From Actinomycetes bacterium (GTDB taxonomy: Bacteria; Actinomycetota; Thermoleophilia; Solirubrobacterales; Solirubrobacteraceae): 45,164 bases of DNA. Within the stretch, counting starts at the first letter, position 1; every line of letters starts with the position of its first letter. Shown one piece after another: positions 8,405 through 18,671 of this stretch. Made by a program: the position numbers and the translations under genes. Under the pieces are notes generated by a model. The model was not told the DNA's origin and did not search any database. It was given only the letters and a program-made list of their open reading frames with translations. Where the stretch lies: positions 1 to 45,164 of the forward strand of contig JAJZID010000001.1 in the NCBI GenBank assembly GCA_021810705.1, in the 5' to 3' direction.

Positions 8405-11246
8405 CGCGCGGCTGCACAAGCAGGGAAAGCAGAGCCTTCAGTGATGTTGTATAGCCGGGAACCATCGAGCGGAACCGTGCAGCGTCGGCTCCCTGCATCA
8501 GGCCCCGCGTACGGTAGTAGAGCAGCCTGCTTGCTGTGGCAAGGATGAGGATGGCAAGGTAAACGGCCGCATCCGCGTCGCTGTAGCGCTCGGCAACCAT
8601 GGCGCGCTGGGCGCCAATTGAGATCGCCGTGCGCCGCGTGTCGTCGATCCACTTGTCGGTGCTCGCATGGTTCTGGTGAAGCACCGTAGCGTCTGGAAAA
8701 TACCTTACGCGCCAGCCGTGCTCTTGAATCCGGTAGCACCACTCGATGTCCTCTCCGTACATGAAGATCTCTTCGGCAAAACCGCCCGTCTCCTCGAATA
8801 CTTCGCGCGGCAGCAGCATGAACGCTCCAGCCACGGAGTCGACGTCGCGCTCGTAGTTCTGCTCCCAGTACCCGCCGAGCAGGTTCTCTCTGACACGTGC
8901 GGGAGCGAGCTTGCTCAGCCCGACGTTGTCAAGCAGAGCAAGCTTCACGCTCGGGAAGCGATACGTCGTGTACTGGAGCCCGCCGTCGGGTGAAACTAGG
9001 CGGCAGTGTGCGACCCCGAGCGTCCGGTCGTCCTGGATCCTGCGCCAGAGCGTGGCGACAGAGCCGTCGATCAGCTTCGCGTCGCTGTTGAGCAGCAGGA
9101 ACCAGCGGCCGCGCGCCACTCCCATGCCCTGGTTGTTCGCGCGGCCGAAGCCGACGTTCTCGGAGTTGCGGATCAGCCGCACGTGCGGAAACTCAGAGGC
9201 GATCATCTCCTGGCTGCCGTCGGCAGAGGCGTTGTCGACCACGATCACCTCATGCGCGGCAGAGCTCAGGTGATCCTCGAGCGATCGCAGCGCCGCCCGG
9301 GTGAGTTCAGCCGTGTTCCAGCTGACTATCACCACTGAAAGATCTGGTGCTGAGCGGATCTCCACCGCTGCGGCGGTTGAAGACGGGGCGGGCCCGAGCC
9401 ACCTCTGGGCCCACACCTCGAAGCTGTAGAGCATCATTACTGCGGGAACGAGCGAGGTCTCGCCCGCCAGGCAGCGACGGACGGTGCGCGTGACGGCGTC
9501 TGGATCGAAGACGCCGCGTTCTCCGACTGCCTGTCTGGTGAGGGTGTCGGCGACCTCGTCGCCGAGTTCGCCTGCAAGCCAGGTCGCCAGCGGTGGGGAG
9601 AACCCACGCTTGATTGCGCTGGTTGGGTCCGCAAGCCTGGCGTCTGCTATATCGCGCAGCAGCAGCTTGCCCTTGCGCCAGCGCATCTTGTGGGTGGCGG
9701 GAATGGCCAGCGCACGCTCCACGAGGCGGTGGTCCAAGAACGGCACGCGAAGCTCAAGCGAGCTGAGCATCGACATCGCGTCGGATGCGCGCAGCAGCTC
9801 ATTGGGGAGGTAGGTCTTAAGGTACAGGTACAGAAGGCGGTTGAGCGGCGTGCGTGCCTGTGCGCGCGCCAGATGTTCGACGAGGTAGGTCACCGGCCCG
9901 GATAGGTCGACCATGTCGACCATATCCGCGCTGAGCAACTCGGAGCGCAGTTGCGCAGAGGTCTGGTGGAACAACTCGTGAGTGACCCGCTCATCGGTCG
10001 ACATCGCAGCAAGCTCGCTCAACCGCTGAAAACGGTGCCAAGGCGTAAGCGTTGAAACCTCGTGAATCACACGGCGCGCAGGGGCAGGCACAGCGTCAAG
10101 CCTTGCGAGGACGTTGGCCGCCACGTGGGTTGGGTAGGCTGCAAAGAGCTCGTCGCCGCCGAGGCCAGACAGGGCGACGGTCACATGCTGGCGCGCGAAC
10201 TGTGAGACGAAATGTGTCTGGACTAGCGATTGGCCGGGCTCGTCGTAGAGCTCGACGAGGGAGCGCAGCGCCGCGGCGCCGGCATTGCTGCCCATCTCGG
10301 CTTCATGGTGGCGGGTTCCGAGGCTGCGCGCGATCGCCCTTGCTGCCGGTCGCTCGTCGTAGTCGGGATCGTCAAAGCCCAGCGTGAAGGTCTCAAGCTC
10401 CGGGTCGGCGCGGGCGGCGTAGGTTGCGAGCAGGCGCGAGTCAACTCCGCCCGAGAGCAGCACCCCGAGCGGTACATCGCTGACCATCGTGCGGCGCACG
10501 GAGTCCTCGAGCATGCCGCTGATCTCATGCACGTACGCCGCGCGGCCCCGGTCCGGCTCTTCGCGCACCGCGCAGTCCCAGTACTCGTACGCCCTCGGAC
10601 CATCCGGGGAGAGAACCATCGCGTGGCCGGCCGGCAGCCGTCTGATGTCCTCGAAGAGGCTCAGCGGCTCCGGAACCGCGAAGGCGGAGAGGTAGTGCGG
10701 CAGCGCGGTGGGGTCAAGCCTCGGCTCGATCAAGCCAGACGCGAGCAGAGCTTTGATCTCGGAGGCGAACACCACCGCGCCGGGAAGCAGCGCGTACACC
10801 AGCGGCTTTATGCCCAGCCGGTCGCGGGCAAGGAAGACGGCCCGCCGCTCCCGGTCCCAGACAGCAAAGGCCCACATGCCGTCCAGATGCTCGAGCACAT
10901 CGGGGCCCCACTGGGCGTAGCCGCGCACGACTACCTCGGTGTCGCAGCTGGTGTGAAACCTGTGCCCGAGCGTCTCCAGCCTGCGGCGCAGCGCCACGGT
11001 GTTGAACAGCTCTCCGTTGTAGACGATCGTGAAGGCGCCGTCGGCCACCGTGATCGGCTGGGCGCCGCCTTGGACATCGATTACGGCCAAGCGGCGGCTG
11101 ACCATCCCCAGCGAGGGCTGCCCCTGATCGATGAAGAATCCCTCTCCGTCGGGGCCGCGGTGGGCGATCGCGTCTCCCATCCGCTTGAGCATGTGGTGCT
11201 CGATCGGCCGGCCGTCGACTGCGTAGATGCCCGCGATCCCGCACAT
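8394..11246 (-). CDS. asnB: AsnB-like glutamine amidotransferase fused to a C-terminal GT2 glycosyltransferase
   Basis: Start MCGIAG at 11246 (Ntn Cys), HRGPD, NGE, LSGGVDS, GGDELF, ELRVPFLD; then SVVIVSWN, VDNASAD, GFGRANN, LLNSD, AGAFML, YGED in the same frame. Confidence 0.9.
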   Translation of the reverse strand: MCGIAGIYAVDGRPIEHHMLKRMGDAIAHRGPDGEGFFIDQGQPSLGMVSRRLAVIDVQGGAQPITVADGAFTIVYNGELFNTVALRRRLETLGHRFHTSCDTEVVVRGYAQWGPDVLEHLDGMWAFAVWDRERRAVFLARDRLGIKPLVYALLPGAVVFASEIKALLASGLIEPRLDPTALPHYLSAFAVPEPLSLFEDIRRLPAGHAMVLSPDGPRAYEYWDCAVREEPDRGRAAYVHEISGMLEDSVRRTMVSDVPLGVLLSGGVDSRLLATYAARADPELETFTLGFDDPDYDERPAARAIARSLGTRHHEAEMGSNAGAAALRSLVELYDEPGQSLVQTHFVSQFARQHVTVALSGLGGDELFAAYPTHVAANVLARLDAVPAPARRVIHEVSTLTPWHRFQRLSELAAMSTDERVTHELFHQTSAQLRSELLSADMVDMVDLSGPVTYLVEHLARAQARTPLNRLLYLYLKTYLPNELLRASDAMSMLSSLELRVPFLDHRLVERALAIPATHKMRWRKGKLLLRDIADARLADPTSAIKRGFSPPLATWLAGELGDEVADTLTRQAVGERGVFDPDAVTRTVRRCLAGETSLVPAVMMLYSFEVWAQRWLGPAPSSTAAAVEIRSAPDLSVVIVSWNTAELTRAALRSLEDHLSSAAHEVIVVDNASADGSQEMIASEFPHVRLIRNSENVGFGRANNQGMGVARGRWFLLLNSDAKLIDGSVATLWRRIQDDRTLGVAHCRLVSPDGGLQYTTYRFPSVKLALLDNVGLSKLAPARVRENLLGGYWEQNYERDVDSVAGAFMLLPREVFEETGGFAEEIFMYGEDIEWCYRIQEHGWRVRYFPDATVLHQNHASTDKWIDDTRRTAISIGAQRAMVAERYSDADAAVYLAILILATASRLLYYRTRGLMQGADAARFRSMVPGYTTSLKALLSLLVQPRDAR

Positions 11247-11318
11247 GCTGGCCCGGAGCATACGGCCTCTCCGGGGCAGGAAAGGCCACATGTCGCTCCC
11301 GTCGCTATCGTCGCTCGC

Positions 11319-13196
11319 GTGTGCGGCATCTGCGGAGCGGTCCAGGAACAGCCGGATTCGCTTGTCGAGCATGTCCGCGGCCAACTAAGGACCCAGCGCC
11401 ACCGCGGGCCTGACGCCGAGGGCTGGTTCGAGGGAGGCCACGGTGTCGTCGCCCAGAACCGACTATCAATCATCGACCTGGTCACCGGCGACCCGCCGAT
11501 GACCAGCGAGGACGCCACGATCGGTGCCGTCCTGAACGGCGAGATCTACAACTTCCGGGACCTGCGTGACGAGCTTCTCCGTGAGGGTCACACGCTCTCA
11601 TCACACGGTGACACGGAGGTACTGGCGCACCTCGCGGAGAGCCGTGAAGCTGTCGCGGTCGCCCGCAAGCTTGACGGCATGTTCGCCTTCGCCGTGTGGG
11701 ATCGCACCAGGCGGCGGTTGCTGCTGGGACGCGACCGGATGGGCAAAAAGCCGCTTTACTACTGGGCCTCGCAGGGCACGTTCGTGTTCGCCTCAGAGAT
11801 CAAGGGCGTGCTAGCGCATCCCGCGGTGCCGCGAGAGCTCAACCGGCGCGCGCTTGATGCGTATCTCACGTTCGGATACGTCCCGACTCCGGAGACCTTC
11901 TTCGCTGGCGTCAAGAGTCTGCCACCAGCACACGTGCTAACGCTCGAGCTTGGCCATGAGCCCAAGCTCGAGCGCTACTGGCACATGGCGGTTCCCGGGT
12001 TCGGGAGCGACGCCGCACGGCTGGACATCGATATGCACGCCGCCGCCAGTGAGCTGCGCAGGCTGCTTGAGGCAGCTATCCGCAAGCGCCTGGTTGCCGA
12101 CGTCCCGGTCGGGGCGTTTCTGAGCGGTGGGATAGACTCCAGCGCGATCGTGGCGATGATGGCTGGCGTCATGGGGGAGCCGGTCAAGACGTTCACGATC
12201 GGATTTGACGACCGCGATGGCTTTGACGAGCGCCCGTTTGCGCGCACGGTCGCTGAGCGTTTCACAACCGAGCATCACGAGCGGGTCGCGCGCCCAGAGA
12301 CGGTGGAGCTGGTCGAGCGCCTGGTGCATCATCACGATCAGCCCTTCGGCGACTCGAGCGCGGTTCCGACGTTCCTGCTCAATGAGCTCGCCCGCGAGCA
12401 CGTCACCGTCGCACTATCAGGCGACGGTGGCGACGAGCTCTTTGCGGGCTATGAGCGTTTCGCCGCTGGGGTCGCCGTTGACACGGTGCGGCGGATTCCT
12501 GCTCCAGTCCGCGCTGCCGGCCGCCGCCTGCTCGGCCAGCTTCCGGCGGCGAGCTTGCGTGGCCGCGTGGGACGCGCGCAGCGCTTCGCCGCGCAGGTTG
12601 AGCAGGGCATGCCCTACGCCTACCTCGAATGGATCAGCTTCGTGCCCGAGCCTTGGCGGCAGCGCCTGTTGGCCAGCCCAGATCCGTGGGCTCGCACCGA
12701 CTACGCCCGGCAATGGCATGCCAGCGCCGGGGCACGGACGCTAGATCGCCTTCTGCAGCTGAACATGGACACCTACCTCGTCGACGATCTGTTGGTCAAG
12801 ATGGACAGGACGAGCATGGCCCACGGCCTAGAGGTGCGCTCACCGTTCCTGGATACGGAGCTCATCGAGTTTGCGGCGCGATTGCCACCGCACCTGAAGG
12901 TCAGGGGCCTCTCGCTCAAGCGGGTGCTCAAGCACGCGGTCTCCGACCTGCTCCCTGCTGAGATCCTGCAGCGGCCCAAGCGCGGCTTCGGGGTGCCGCT
13001 TGATCGCTGGTTCAGGGAGGATCTCGAAAGCTACACACAGGGGATGCTGGGCCCTGGGGCGCGGCTGCGTGAGCACATACGTCCTGAGGCGTTGGATGCA
13101 TTGCTGGAGGAGCATCGCAGCGGAGCGAGCCGTCATGGGCATGCGCTCTGGACGCTCCTCACGCTCGAGCTGTTCCTGCGTCGCAATGGGTGGTAG
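11319..13196 (+). CDS. asnB: AsnB-like glutamine amidotransferase (second paralog)
   Basis: True start GTG at 11319 gives MCGICG; HRGPD, NGEIYN, LSGGIDSS, SGDGGDELFAGY, EVRSPFLD, KRGF. Confidence 0.9.
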   Translation: MCGICGAVQEQPDSLVEHVRGQLRTQRHRGPDAEGWFEGGHGVVAQNRLSIIDLVTGDPPMTSEDATIGAVLNGEIYNFRDLRDELLREGHTLSSHGDTEVLAHLAESREAVAVARKLDGMFAFAVWDRTRRRLLLGRDRMGKKPLYYWASQGTFVFASEIKGVLAHPAVPRELNRRALDAYLTFGYVPTPETFFAGVKSLPPAHVLTLELGHEPKLERYWHMAVPGFGSDAARLDIDMHAAASELRRLLEAAIRKRLVADVPVGAFLSGGIDSSAIVAMMAGVMGEPVKTFTIGFDDRDGFDERPFARTVAERFTTEHHERVARPETVELVERLVHHHDQPFGDSSAVPTFLLNELAREHVTVALSGDGGDELFAGYERFAAGVAVDTVRRIPAPVRAAGRRLLGQLPAASLRGRVGRAQRFAAQVEQGMPYAYLEWISFVPEPWRQRLLASPDPWARTDYARQWHASAGARTLDRLLQLNMDTYLVDDLLVKMDRTSMAHGLEVRSPFLDTELIEFAARLPPHLKVRGLSLKRVLKHAVSDLLPAEILQRPKRGFGVPLDRWFREDLESYTQGMLGPGARLREHIRPEALDALLEEHRSGASRHGHALWTLLTLELFLRRNGW

Positions 13197-13235
13197 CGGT
13201 GGAAGCTGAGTAATTGGTCGTCTAACTTCTCCTCG

Positions 13236-14150
13236 ATGAGCAGTCTCACCGAACCGCACGACCGAACCGCGTGCGTGATCTGCGGTGGTGCACGGATCAC
13301 CGCAGTAGCCCGCTTCGCCGCCGTGCACATGGTGAGATGCGCGACCTGTGGCACGCGCTTCGCCGGCCGGGCGCCATCGGACAGCGAGCTGGATGCGCAT
13401 TACCGGACTTACGGCGAGTGGCCGGATTCCGCGATCACCCGAAAACGCTACCGCGAGCTGCTGGCTGGCTTCGAGCGCTACCGCGGCAAGGGCAGAATCT
13501 TCGACATGGGCTGCGGTGCTGGGTACTTCCTCGAAGAGGCGGCGACATTGGGTTGGTCCCCGCACGGCTCAAACGTAGGCGAACGCTCGATCACGATGTG
13601 CCGTGCAAAGGGGCTCGACGTCGTCTCCGCGCCGGTTGTCGAGGGAGCCTTTCCTGACGGGCACTTTGACGTTGCCACCGCCTTTGAGGTTTTCGAGCAC
13701 TTGCGCGACCCCGCCCAAGAGGCACAGACCCTCGCGCGGCTCATTCGCCCTGGAGGGCTGCTCTACTGCACCACGCCGAACTATGACTCGCTCAGCCGGC
13801 GCCTGCTGGGCTCTCGCTGGCGTGTTATCTCCTACCCAGAGCATCTCATCTACTTCACGGCCGCCAGCCTGTCCGGCTGGCTTGAGCGCTACGGCTTCAG
13901 GACACTTTCGGTCACGTCGACGGGCATCAGCCTGGATGACCTGCGCGCCGCAGCGATCCGTGGCTCGCGCGGTCCGGCAGGGTCCAGTCACGGGACAGCG
14001 GCCGGATCTGGTCGGGAGGAATGGCTGCGGGCTGCCACCGAGACCGGGCGCCTCATGCCAAGTGTCAAGGGAGCCTTCAACCGGGGCCTCAGCGCGACCC
14101 AGACCGGCGATACGTTGAAAGGTTTGTTCATTCGTACGTCTGACCCCTGA
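13236..14150 (+). CDS. Class I SAM-dependent methyltransferase with N-terminal CxxC...CxxC
   Basis: CVICG...CATCG, FDMGCGAG, FEVFEHL, TTPN, PEHLIYF. Confidence 0.85.
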   Translation: MSSLTEPHDRTACVICGGARITAVARFAAVHMVRCATCGTRFAGRAPSDSELDAHYRTYGEWPDSAITRKRYRELLAGFERYRGKGRIFDMGCGAGYFLEEAATLGWSPHGSNVGERSITMCRAKGLDVVSAPVVEGAFPDGHFDVATAFEVFEHLRDPAQEAQTLARLIRPGGLLYCTTPNYDSLSRRLLGSRWRVISYPEHLIYFTAASLSGWLERYGFRTLSVTSTGISLDDLRAAAIRGSRGPAGSSHGTAAGSGREEWLRAATETGRLMPSVKGAFNRGLSATQTGDTLKGLFIRTSDP

Positions 14151-14300
14151 AGTGGGTGGACGAAGCGCATGCACGACACGGCCTCGCTCACTACGCAGGT
14201 CGCTGAATCTCACTGGCTTACGATCCGGAGGGGCGGTTGCCATCTGCAGTTGGCGGTTGCCATCTGCTGTTATTGGACGCCCATGGTGCCCGCGCAGCTT

Positions 14301-15365
14301 TCAGCTTGCGATGCTCCTGAGAAGCATCGCGAGTTCTGACGCCCACCGCTGATAGGAGAATTGCTCCTCGACGTACCGGCGCGCACCGCTTCCTCTCTGC
14401 GCTCTGGCGGCCGGATCGCCGAGCAGCTCCGTGAGCGCACGCTCCCACTCCAGTGCGGTCGTCGCCGCGATGCCACGCCCATCAGCCAGGAGGTCCCGGT
14501 TTATGCCCACGGGTGACGCTACTGCCGGAACGCCGGCGGAGAAGTACTGCAGCAGCTTGTAGCCTGACTTCCCCCGAGTCCAGGCGGTGTCTGGAAGAGG
14601 CATGACCCCAACGTCGAAGCTGGCGAGATCGGCGGCCTGTGACGCGAGCGTCCACGGGCGGTGCTCGATCCAATCCTCGCGGACACCCGTGTCTGTGCCC
14701 ACCACCACAAGTTGCACGTTCAAGCCGCGGCGCCGAAGCTGCCCGATCACCGGAAGTAGCGGCTGCAGATAGGAGGCTGTGGTGTGCGAGCCGATCCAAC
14801 CGACGTTGAGCACCTCGTCGTTGGTATGCCGGTGGATGGGCTGCCGCTCTGGATCCACGCAGCTTGGGACCACCTCGACGCGCCGTGCGTATGCTCCTGC
14901 CTCCCCGGCGAGCATGGCGTTTGCCGCTATCACCAGCCGCGCCCGGCGCATGTAAGCGATCGCCCGACGGGCCTCCTGCTTGGTCCACTGAAAGCGCCGG
15001 TTTGCGTCGGCGGCCGATCCCACCGTGAGCGCATCGTCAAAGTCGTAGACATCAAGAGCATGGGGCGGATCGGCCAGCGGAAGCGGGGTCATCAGCAGCA
15101 GTCGGTGGACAAGCAGCAGTCCGGGAGACCGGTGCAGGCCAATTGTGCGAAGCACGCTGCCGGCTAGCACCGCCGCCTTGACAGGAGCGCGGGTGGGGGA
15201 GATGAGCGTCGCATACTCCTGGGTGGTGAGCATCGGCGTGTAGTGGAGGTCAACTCCGTGCTGAGCGAGAAACGGCACGTGGTTGGCAAGGCGCACGCGC
15301 GCGCTCGCGGCTGACACCGGATAGGCTGTCGCCCCTCGCACGTTGAGCCGATCCAGGTCGCTCAC
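14301..15365 (-). CDS. Glycosyltransferase family 4
   Basis: YDFDDA, GWIGS, GKSGYKLLQYFSAGVPAVASPVG. Confidence 0.85.
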   Translation of the reverse strand: MSDLDRLNVRGATAYPVSAASARVRLANHVPFLAQHGVDLHYTPMLTTQEYATLISPTRAPVKAAVLAGSVLRTIGLHRSPGLLLVHRLLLMTPLPLADPPHALDVYDFDDALTVGSAADANRRFQWTKQEARRAIAYMRRARLVIAANAMLAGEAGAYARRVEVVPSCVDPERQPIHRHTNDEVLNVGWIGSHTTASYLQPLLPVIGQLRRRGLNVQLVVVGTDTGVREDWIEHRPWTLASQAADLASFDVGVMPLPDTAWTRGKSGYKLLQYFSAGVPAVASPVGINRDLLADGRGIAATTALEWERALTELLGDPAARAQRGSGARRYVEEQFSYQRWASELAMLLRSIAS

Positions 15366-15407
15366 AGGACCAGAACCGTACCGAGAAAGCCGTCGCCGCT
15401 GCTACTC

Positions 15408-16574
15408 ATGACCGATGCAGGAGGAAAGCCAAGGGTCGTCTACGTGTCCTACGACGGCGTTGGAGAGCCGCTGGGACGCTCGCAGGTGCTCTCCTACCTG
15501 TACCGGCTCGCGGGTGAGTACGACATAACGCTCGTGTCGTTTGAGAAGACGCGCACGGGTCGCGCCGCCCTGCGGGCCGAGCTATCTGAGCGAGGGATCC
15601 GTTGGCTGGCCCTGCCGTATCACAAACGCCCGCCGCTTCTCTCTACGGTGATTGACGTCGCGGCTGGCGCAGTAGCGCTGGTGGCCCTGGCGTGGCGCCA
15701 CGGCTACCCAGATATTGTCCACGTGCGGAGCTACGTACCCGCATTGATGGCCGTGCTCGCACGGCGGATCACGGCGGGGAGCCTGGTGTTCGACATCCGC
15801 GGCTTCTGGGTCGATGAGCGTGTCGATGGAGGTATCTGGCCACGTGAGAGCCTCACATACGGGCTGGTCTACCGCGTGGCTAAGCGCAGCGAGGGATGGC
15901 TCTTCGGAAGTGCGGATGCCATTGTGACGCTAACGCACGCCTCCGTTCCGCAGATTCGAATGTGGCTCGGGTCGCGGACAACGCCTGTCGTCGTGATTCC
16001 GACCTGTACTGACGTGGAGCGTTTTGCCGCGTCAGCGGCGCGCGATGACGGACCGCATCTGACCTGGTGCGGCTCGGTCGGGACGTGGTACCGCTTTGAC
16101 TTGGCGGGACCGCTGGCACAAGCCTGCGGGCGGCCGCTGGATGTAATCACTCGCCAGCCTGAGGCGGCGCGCAAGATCCTGGGTCCGACATCTGCGCGTA
16201 TCCGGTCGCTCGACGCTGCAGAGGTTCCTACCGCATTGCACGCCGGGGATATTGGCTTGAGCCTCTGCGTCGGCTCATTCTCCAAAACCGCGTCAGCGCC
16301 GACACGCTTTGCGGAGTATCTGGCCTCAGGCATGCCGGTGATCGTCAATCGTGGCGTTGGTGATCTGGCCCAGATCGTCGAGGAGCACGACGTTGGAGTG
16401 GTGCTTGATGGCGAGGATGCAGAGAGCATCGAACAGGCAGCCCGTCAAGCCCTGGCGCTGGCGGCCAAACCAGAAGTCCAAGCCCGCTGCCGACTAACCG
16501 CTCTGCAGCTCTTTGATGTAGACGCCGGCGCCCGGCGTTACGCCGATCTGTACCAGCGGCTGCTTGGCAGATAG
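15408..16574 (+). CDS. Glycosyltransferase family 4
   Basis: YVSYDG..EPLGRSQV, HVRSY, FDIRGFW, SAPTRFAEYLASG. Confidence 0.85.
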   Translation: MTDAGGKPRVVYVSYDGVGEPLGRSQVLSYLYRLAGEYDITLVSFEKTRTGRAALRAELSERGIRWLALPYHKRPPLLSTVIDVAAGAVALVALAWRHGYPDIVHVRSYVPALMAVLARRITAGSLVFDIRGFWVDERVDGGIWPRESLTYGLVYRVAKRSEGWLFGSADAIVTLTHASVPQIRMWLGSRTTPVVVIPTCTDVERFAASAARDDGPHLTWCGSVGTWYRFDLAGPLAQACGRPLDVITRQPEAARKILGPTSARIRSLDAAEVPTALHAGDIGLSLCVGSFSKTASAPTRFAEYLASGMPVIVNRGVGDLAQIVEEHDVGVVLDGEDAESIEQAARQALALAAKPEVQARCRLTALQLFDVDAGARRYADLYQRLLGR

Positions 16575-16684
16575 GCCCGTGGGTACCGCTCAAACTGCAA
16601 CTTCATCACGATGATCTACCTCACCGTCGGCAAACTCAATGCCGTGCCCGTCATCCCCTGACCCCCATCAAACAGCGAGGAGCC
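16575..16684 (+). mobile_element. ISL3-family remnant: transposase C-terminal tail plus right IR
   Basis: Manual translation ARGYRSNCNFITMIYLTVGKLNAVPVIP* (16575-16661) matches the ISL3 tail pattern ARGYR...F..MIYL..GKL; followed by AAACAGCGAGGAGCC (reverse complement GGCTCCTC..., ISL3-like end). Confidence 0.7.
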
Positions 16685-17021
16685 GGTCGATTGGTGGGGC
16701 GCTACGGGCCGCGATTCCGGTGCGAGATGGGGCCGGAAAGCTGCCGGGACGAGGGCTCTCACCTCGCAGCGCGGCGACCGGTCCCTGTTGGCGTGGGACA
16801 CTGGAAGCTTGGCTCAGGCGAAGGGTCTGTCGGGGAGGTTGTTGGCGCGTGTCGGGCGCCGCTTTCATTCGGCATGGGACGGGTGATCTGCGTGAAGGTG
16901 GTGGGTATGAGAACGGTGGGGCCACTGCACGCGAGTCAACGAAACAGGTGGCAGTCCATGCTTCGGCGCAGGATCGCGGCGCGCGTTTGGCTGTGTGACT
17001 CGAGACGTCGTTCAGCTTGGT

Positions 17022-18614
17022 TCAAGCACTAAGGTCGTGGTCCGAGGTTGGACTCTCAGAACCACGCTTGGCGCCAACCATCGGCGGCGCCTGCGTCAGC
17101 TGCAGTCCCGAAGCCGAGTCAGCGCGTACCTTGCGGCCATGTCGCTTGACCTGACGGTGGGTGGTGGCGTAGTAATGGCGCGCATAGCCAGAGTAGCCGG
17201 CTCCTGATCGCACAGCGGTAGCGACCGCTCCGAGCAGCCTGCCGTGAGCGGCGACAACGATTTTCTGAAGCCGATTGACGGCCGCCCGGTTCGACTGGTT
17301 CATGCGTGCGACGAGGACGACGCCGCTGACCGCGGACATCAACGGAACGGCATCGCTGACGGCGAGCGCCGCGGGCGTGTCGATGATCACCAGGTCACAG
17401 ATTGACTCGAGGTGCCGAAGCAGCGCTCGCATGGCTGGCGAGTCCACAAGCGCCGCCGGATTAGCTGGCACAGACCCGGCCGGCAGCACGCGCAGGCGCC
17501 CGGTGGCGTCCTTTGGAAGCTTCCAATCTGTGAGTACCGACTCAGCAGGGCGCGATTCGGCGATCACAGAGCTGAGTCCGGGGGTGTCCGCCAGGCTGAA
17601 CCGCTGGCTGGTTCCCGCGCGGCGCAGATCGCAGTCCACGAGGATGACATCCACGTTGGCGCGAGCGGCGGCAAGCGCAAGGCCCGTCGCGACCGTGCTC
17701 TTGCCCTCCTGCTCGAAAGGACTAGTCACGAGAATGCTGTTCAAGCGCTCTTCGGCGGCGAAGTAGGTGAGCGACGTTCGAAGCATCTGGAATGCCTCCT
17801 CGTCAGCTGGATCGGTTTCGCTGACGCCCTTGAAGGCTCCCTGGCCGATCGCTGCGAGGAGCGGCAGGCTTGTCAGGCGTTCGAGATCATCGGGACTGTG
17901 CAGGCCACGGTCAGCTCCTTCCAATAGGAGCACGGCTCCGGCCGCCAGCAGAATGCCGATGACGAGCGCGAGTTCGACGGCCCGCCGAATGTGAGGCCCG
18001 ACCGGGGTGTAGTTCGGGGTCGCTGCCTGGATGATCTGTGGGCCGCGCGACTCTGTTTGCAGCTGGGCCTTGTCTTGGCCTATCTGCTGTTGCAGCTGTG
18101 CGTATTCTGCAGATGTCCTGCTGAGGTTGCGAAGCTGAGCCTTGATCGCGGAGATCTGGCTGTCGGTGCTCGAAACCAGTTGCTGGTATTCGTCGGCACC
18201 CAGCGCGTAGGCAAAGGCGTTGGCGATCTGCGCAGCTCGTGTAGGGCTCTGGTCCGTCGCCGTGATGGTGAGGAAGTCGGTTGTGGCATTGGCGCTCGCT
18301 GACACCTCGCCGACGATTACCGAGCCGGGTACCTTGGGCCTCAATTTTGCTCCCGCGAGGTTCGCGACCTGGCTCGTCGTAACCACAGCGGCGATAGCGC
18401 TTAGGTTGCCGCTGGCGAACACGCTGTTGCCGCTGGGTGCCGCGCTTGGGTTGATCGCAAGCGTGACCTGCGCCTGGTAGATCTTTGGCTTGCGGTGCTC
18501 TACGAAATAGGCGATCGCCGGAGCTGCAACGACAAGAGCGATGACGAGCAGCTTCCAGCGCCAGAACATCTTCAGGTAAGCCTGAAGGTCTCGCTGTCCG
18601 GTGAATTCTGGCAT
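17022..18614 (-). CDS. wzc: Wzc-like polysaccharide co-polymerase/BY-kinase (fused CpsC-CpsD type)
   Basis: Two TM segments flanking a coiled-coil loop; EAFQMLRTSL, Walker A EQEGKST, DCDLRR, IIDTPA, Tyr cluster GYSGYARHYY. Confidence 0.85.
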   Translation of the reverse strand: MPEFTGQRDLQAYLKMFWRWKLLVIALVVAAPAIAYFVEHRKPKIYQAQVTLAINPSAAPSGNSVFASGNLSAIAAVVTTSQVANLAGAKLRPKVPGSVIVGEVSASANATTDFLTITATDQSPTRAAQIANAFAYALGADEYQQLVSSTDSQISAIKAQLRNLSRTSAEYAQLQQQIGQDKAQLQTESRGPQIIQAATPNYTPVGPHIRRAVELALVIGILLAAGAVLLLEGADRGLHSPDDLERLTSLPLLAAIGQGAFKGVSETDPADEEAFQMLRTSLTYFAAEERLNSILVTSPFEQEGKSTVATGLALAAARANVDVILVDCDLRRAGTSQRFSLADTPGLSSVIAESRPAESVLTDWKLPKDATGRLRVLPAGSVPANPAALVDSPAMRALLRHLESICDLVIIDTPAALAVSDAVPLMSAVSGVVLVARMNQSNRAAVNRLQKIVVAAHGRLLGAVATAVRSGAGYSGYARHYYATTHRQVKRHGRKVRADSASGLQLTQAPPMVGAKRGSESPTSDHDLSA

Positions 18615-18671
18615 CAGGTGGATCCTCTCTCGGCGCTCGTCAGGAGATCTTCGGCATACGGGTAATCAAGG

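Noticed and set aside
10230-11318. 363-aa N-terminal extension of the plus-strand AsnB (988-aa ORF)
   Set aside because: Antisense shadow of the other asnB; Ntn enzymes need Cys at the N-terminus, which fixes the start at GTG 11319
8394-13196. AsnB-like proteins as lasso-peptide cyclases
   Set aside because: Both retain the N-terminal Cys glutaminase domain; no precursor peptide, B protease or RRE nearby; the context is glycan synthesis
16685-17021. Short ORFs between the ISL3 scar and wzc
   Set aside because: No motifs or credible start signals
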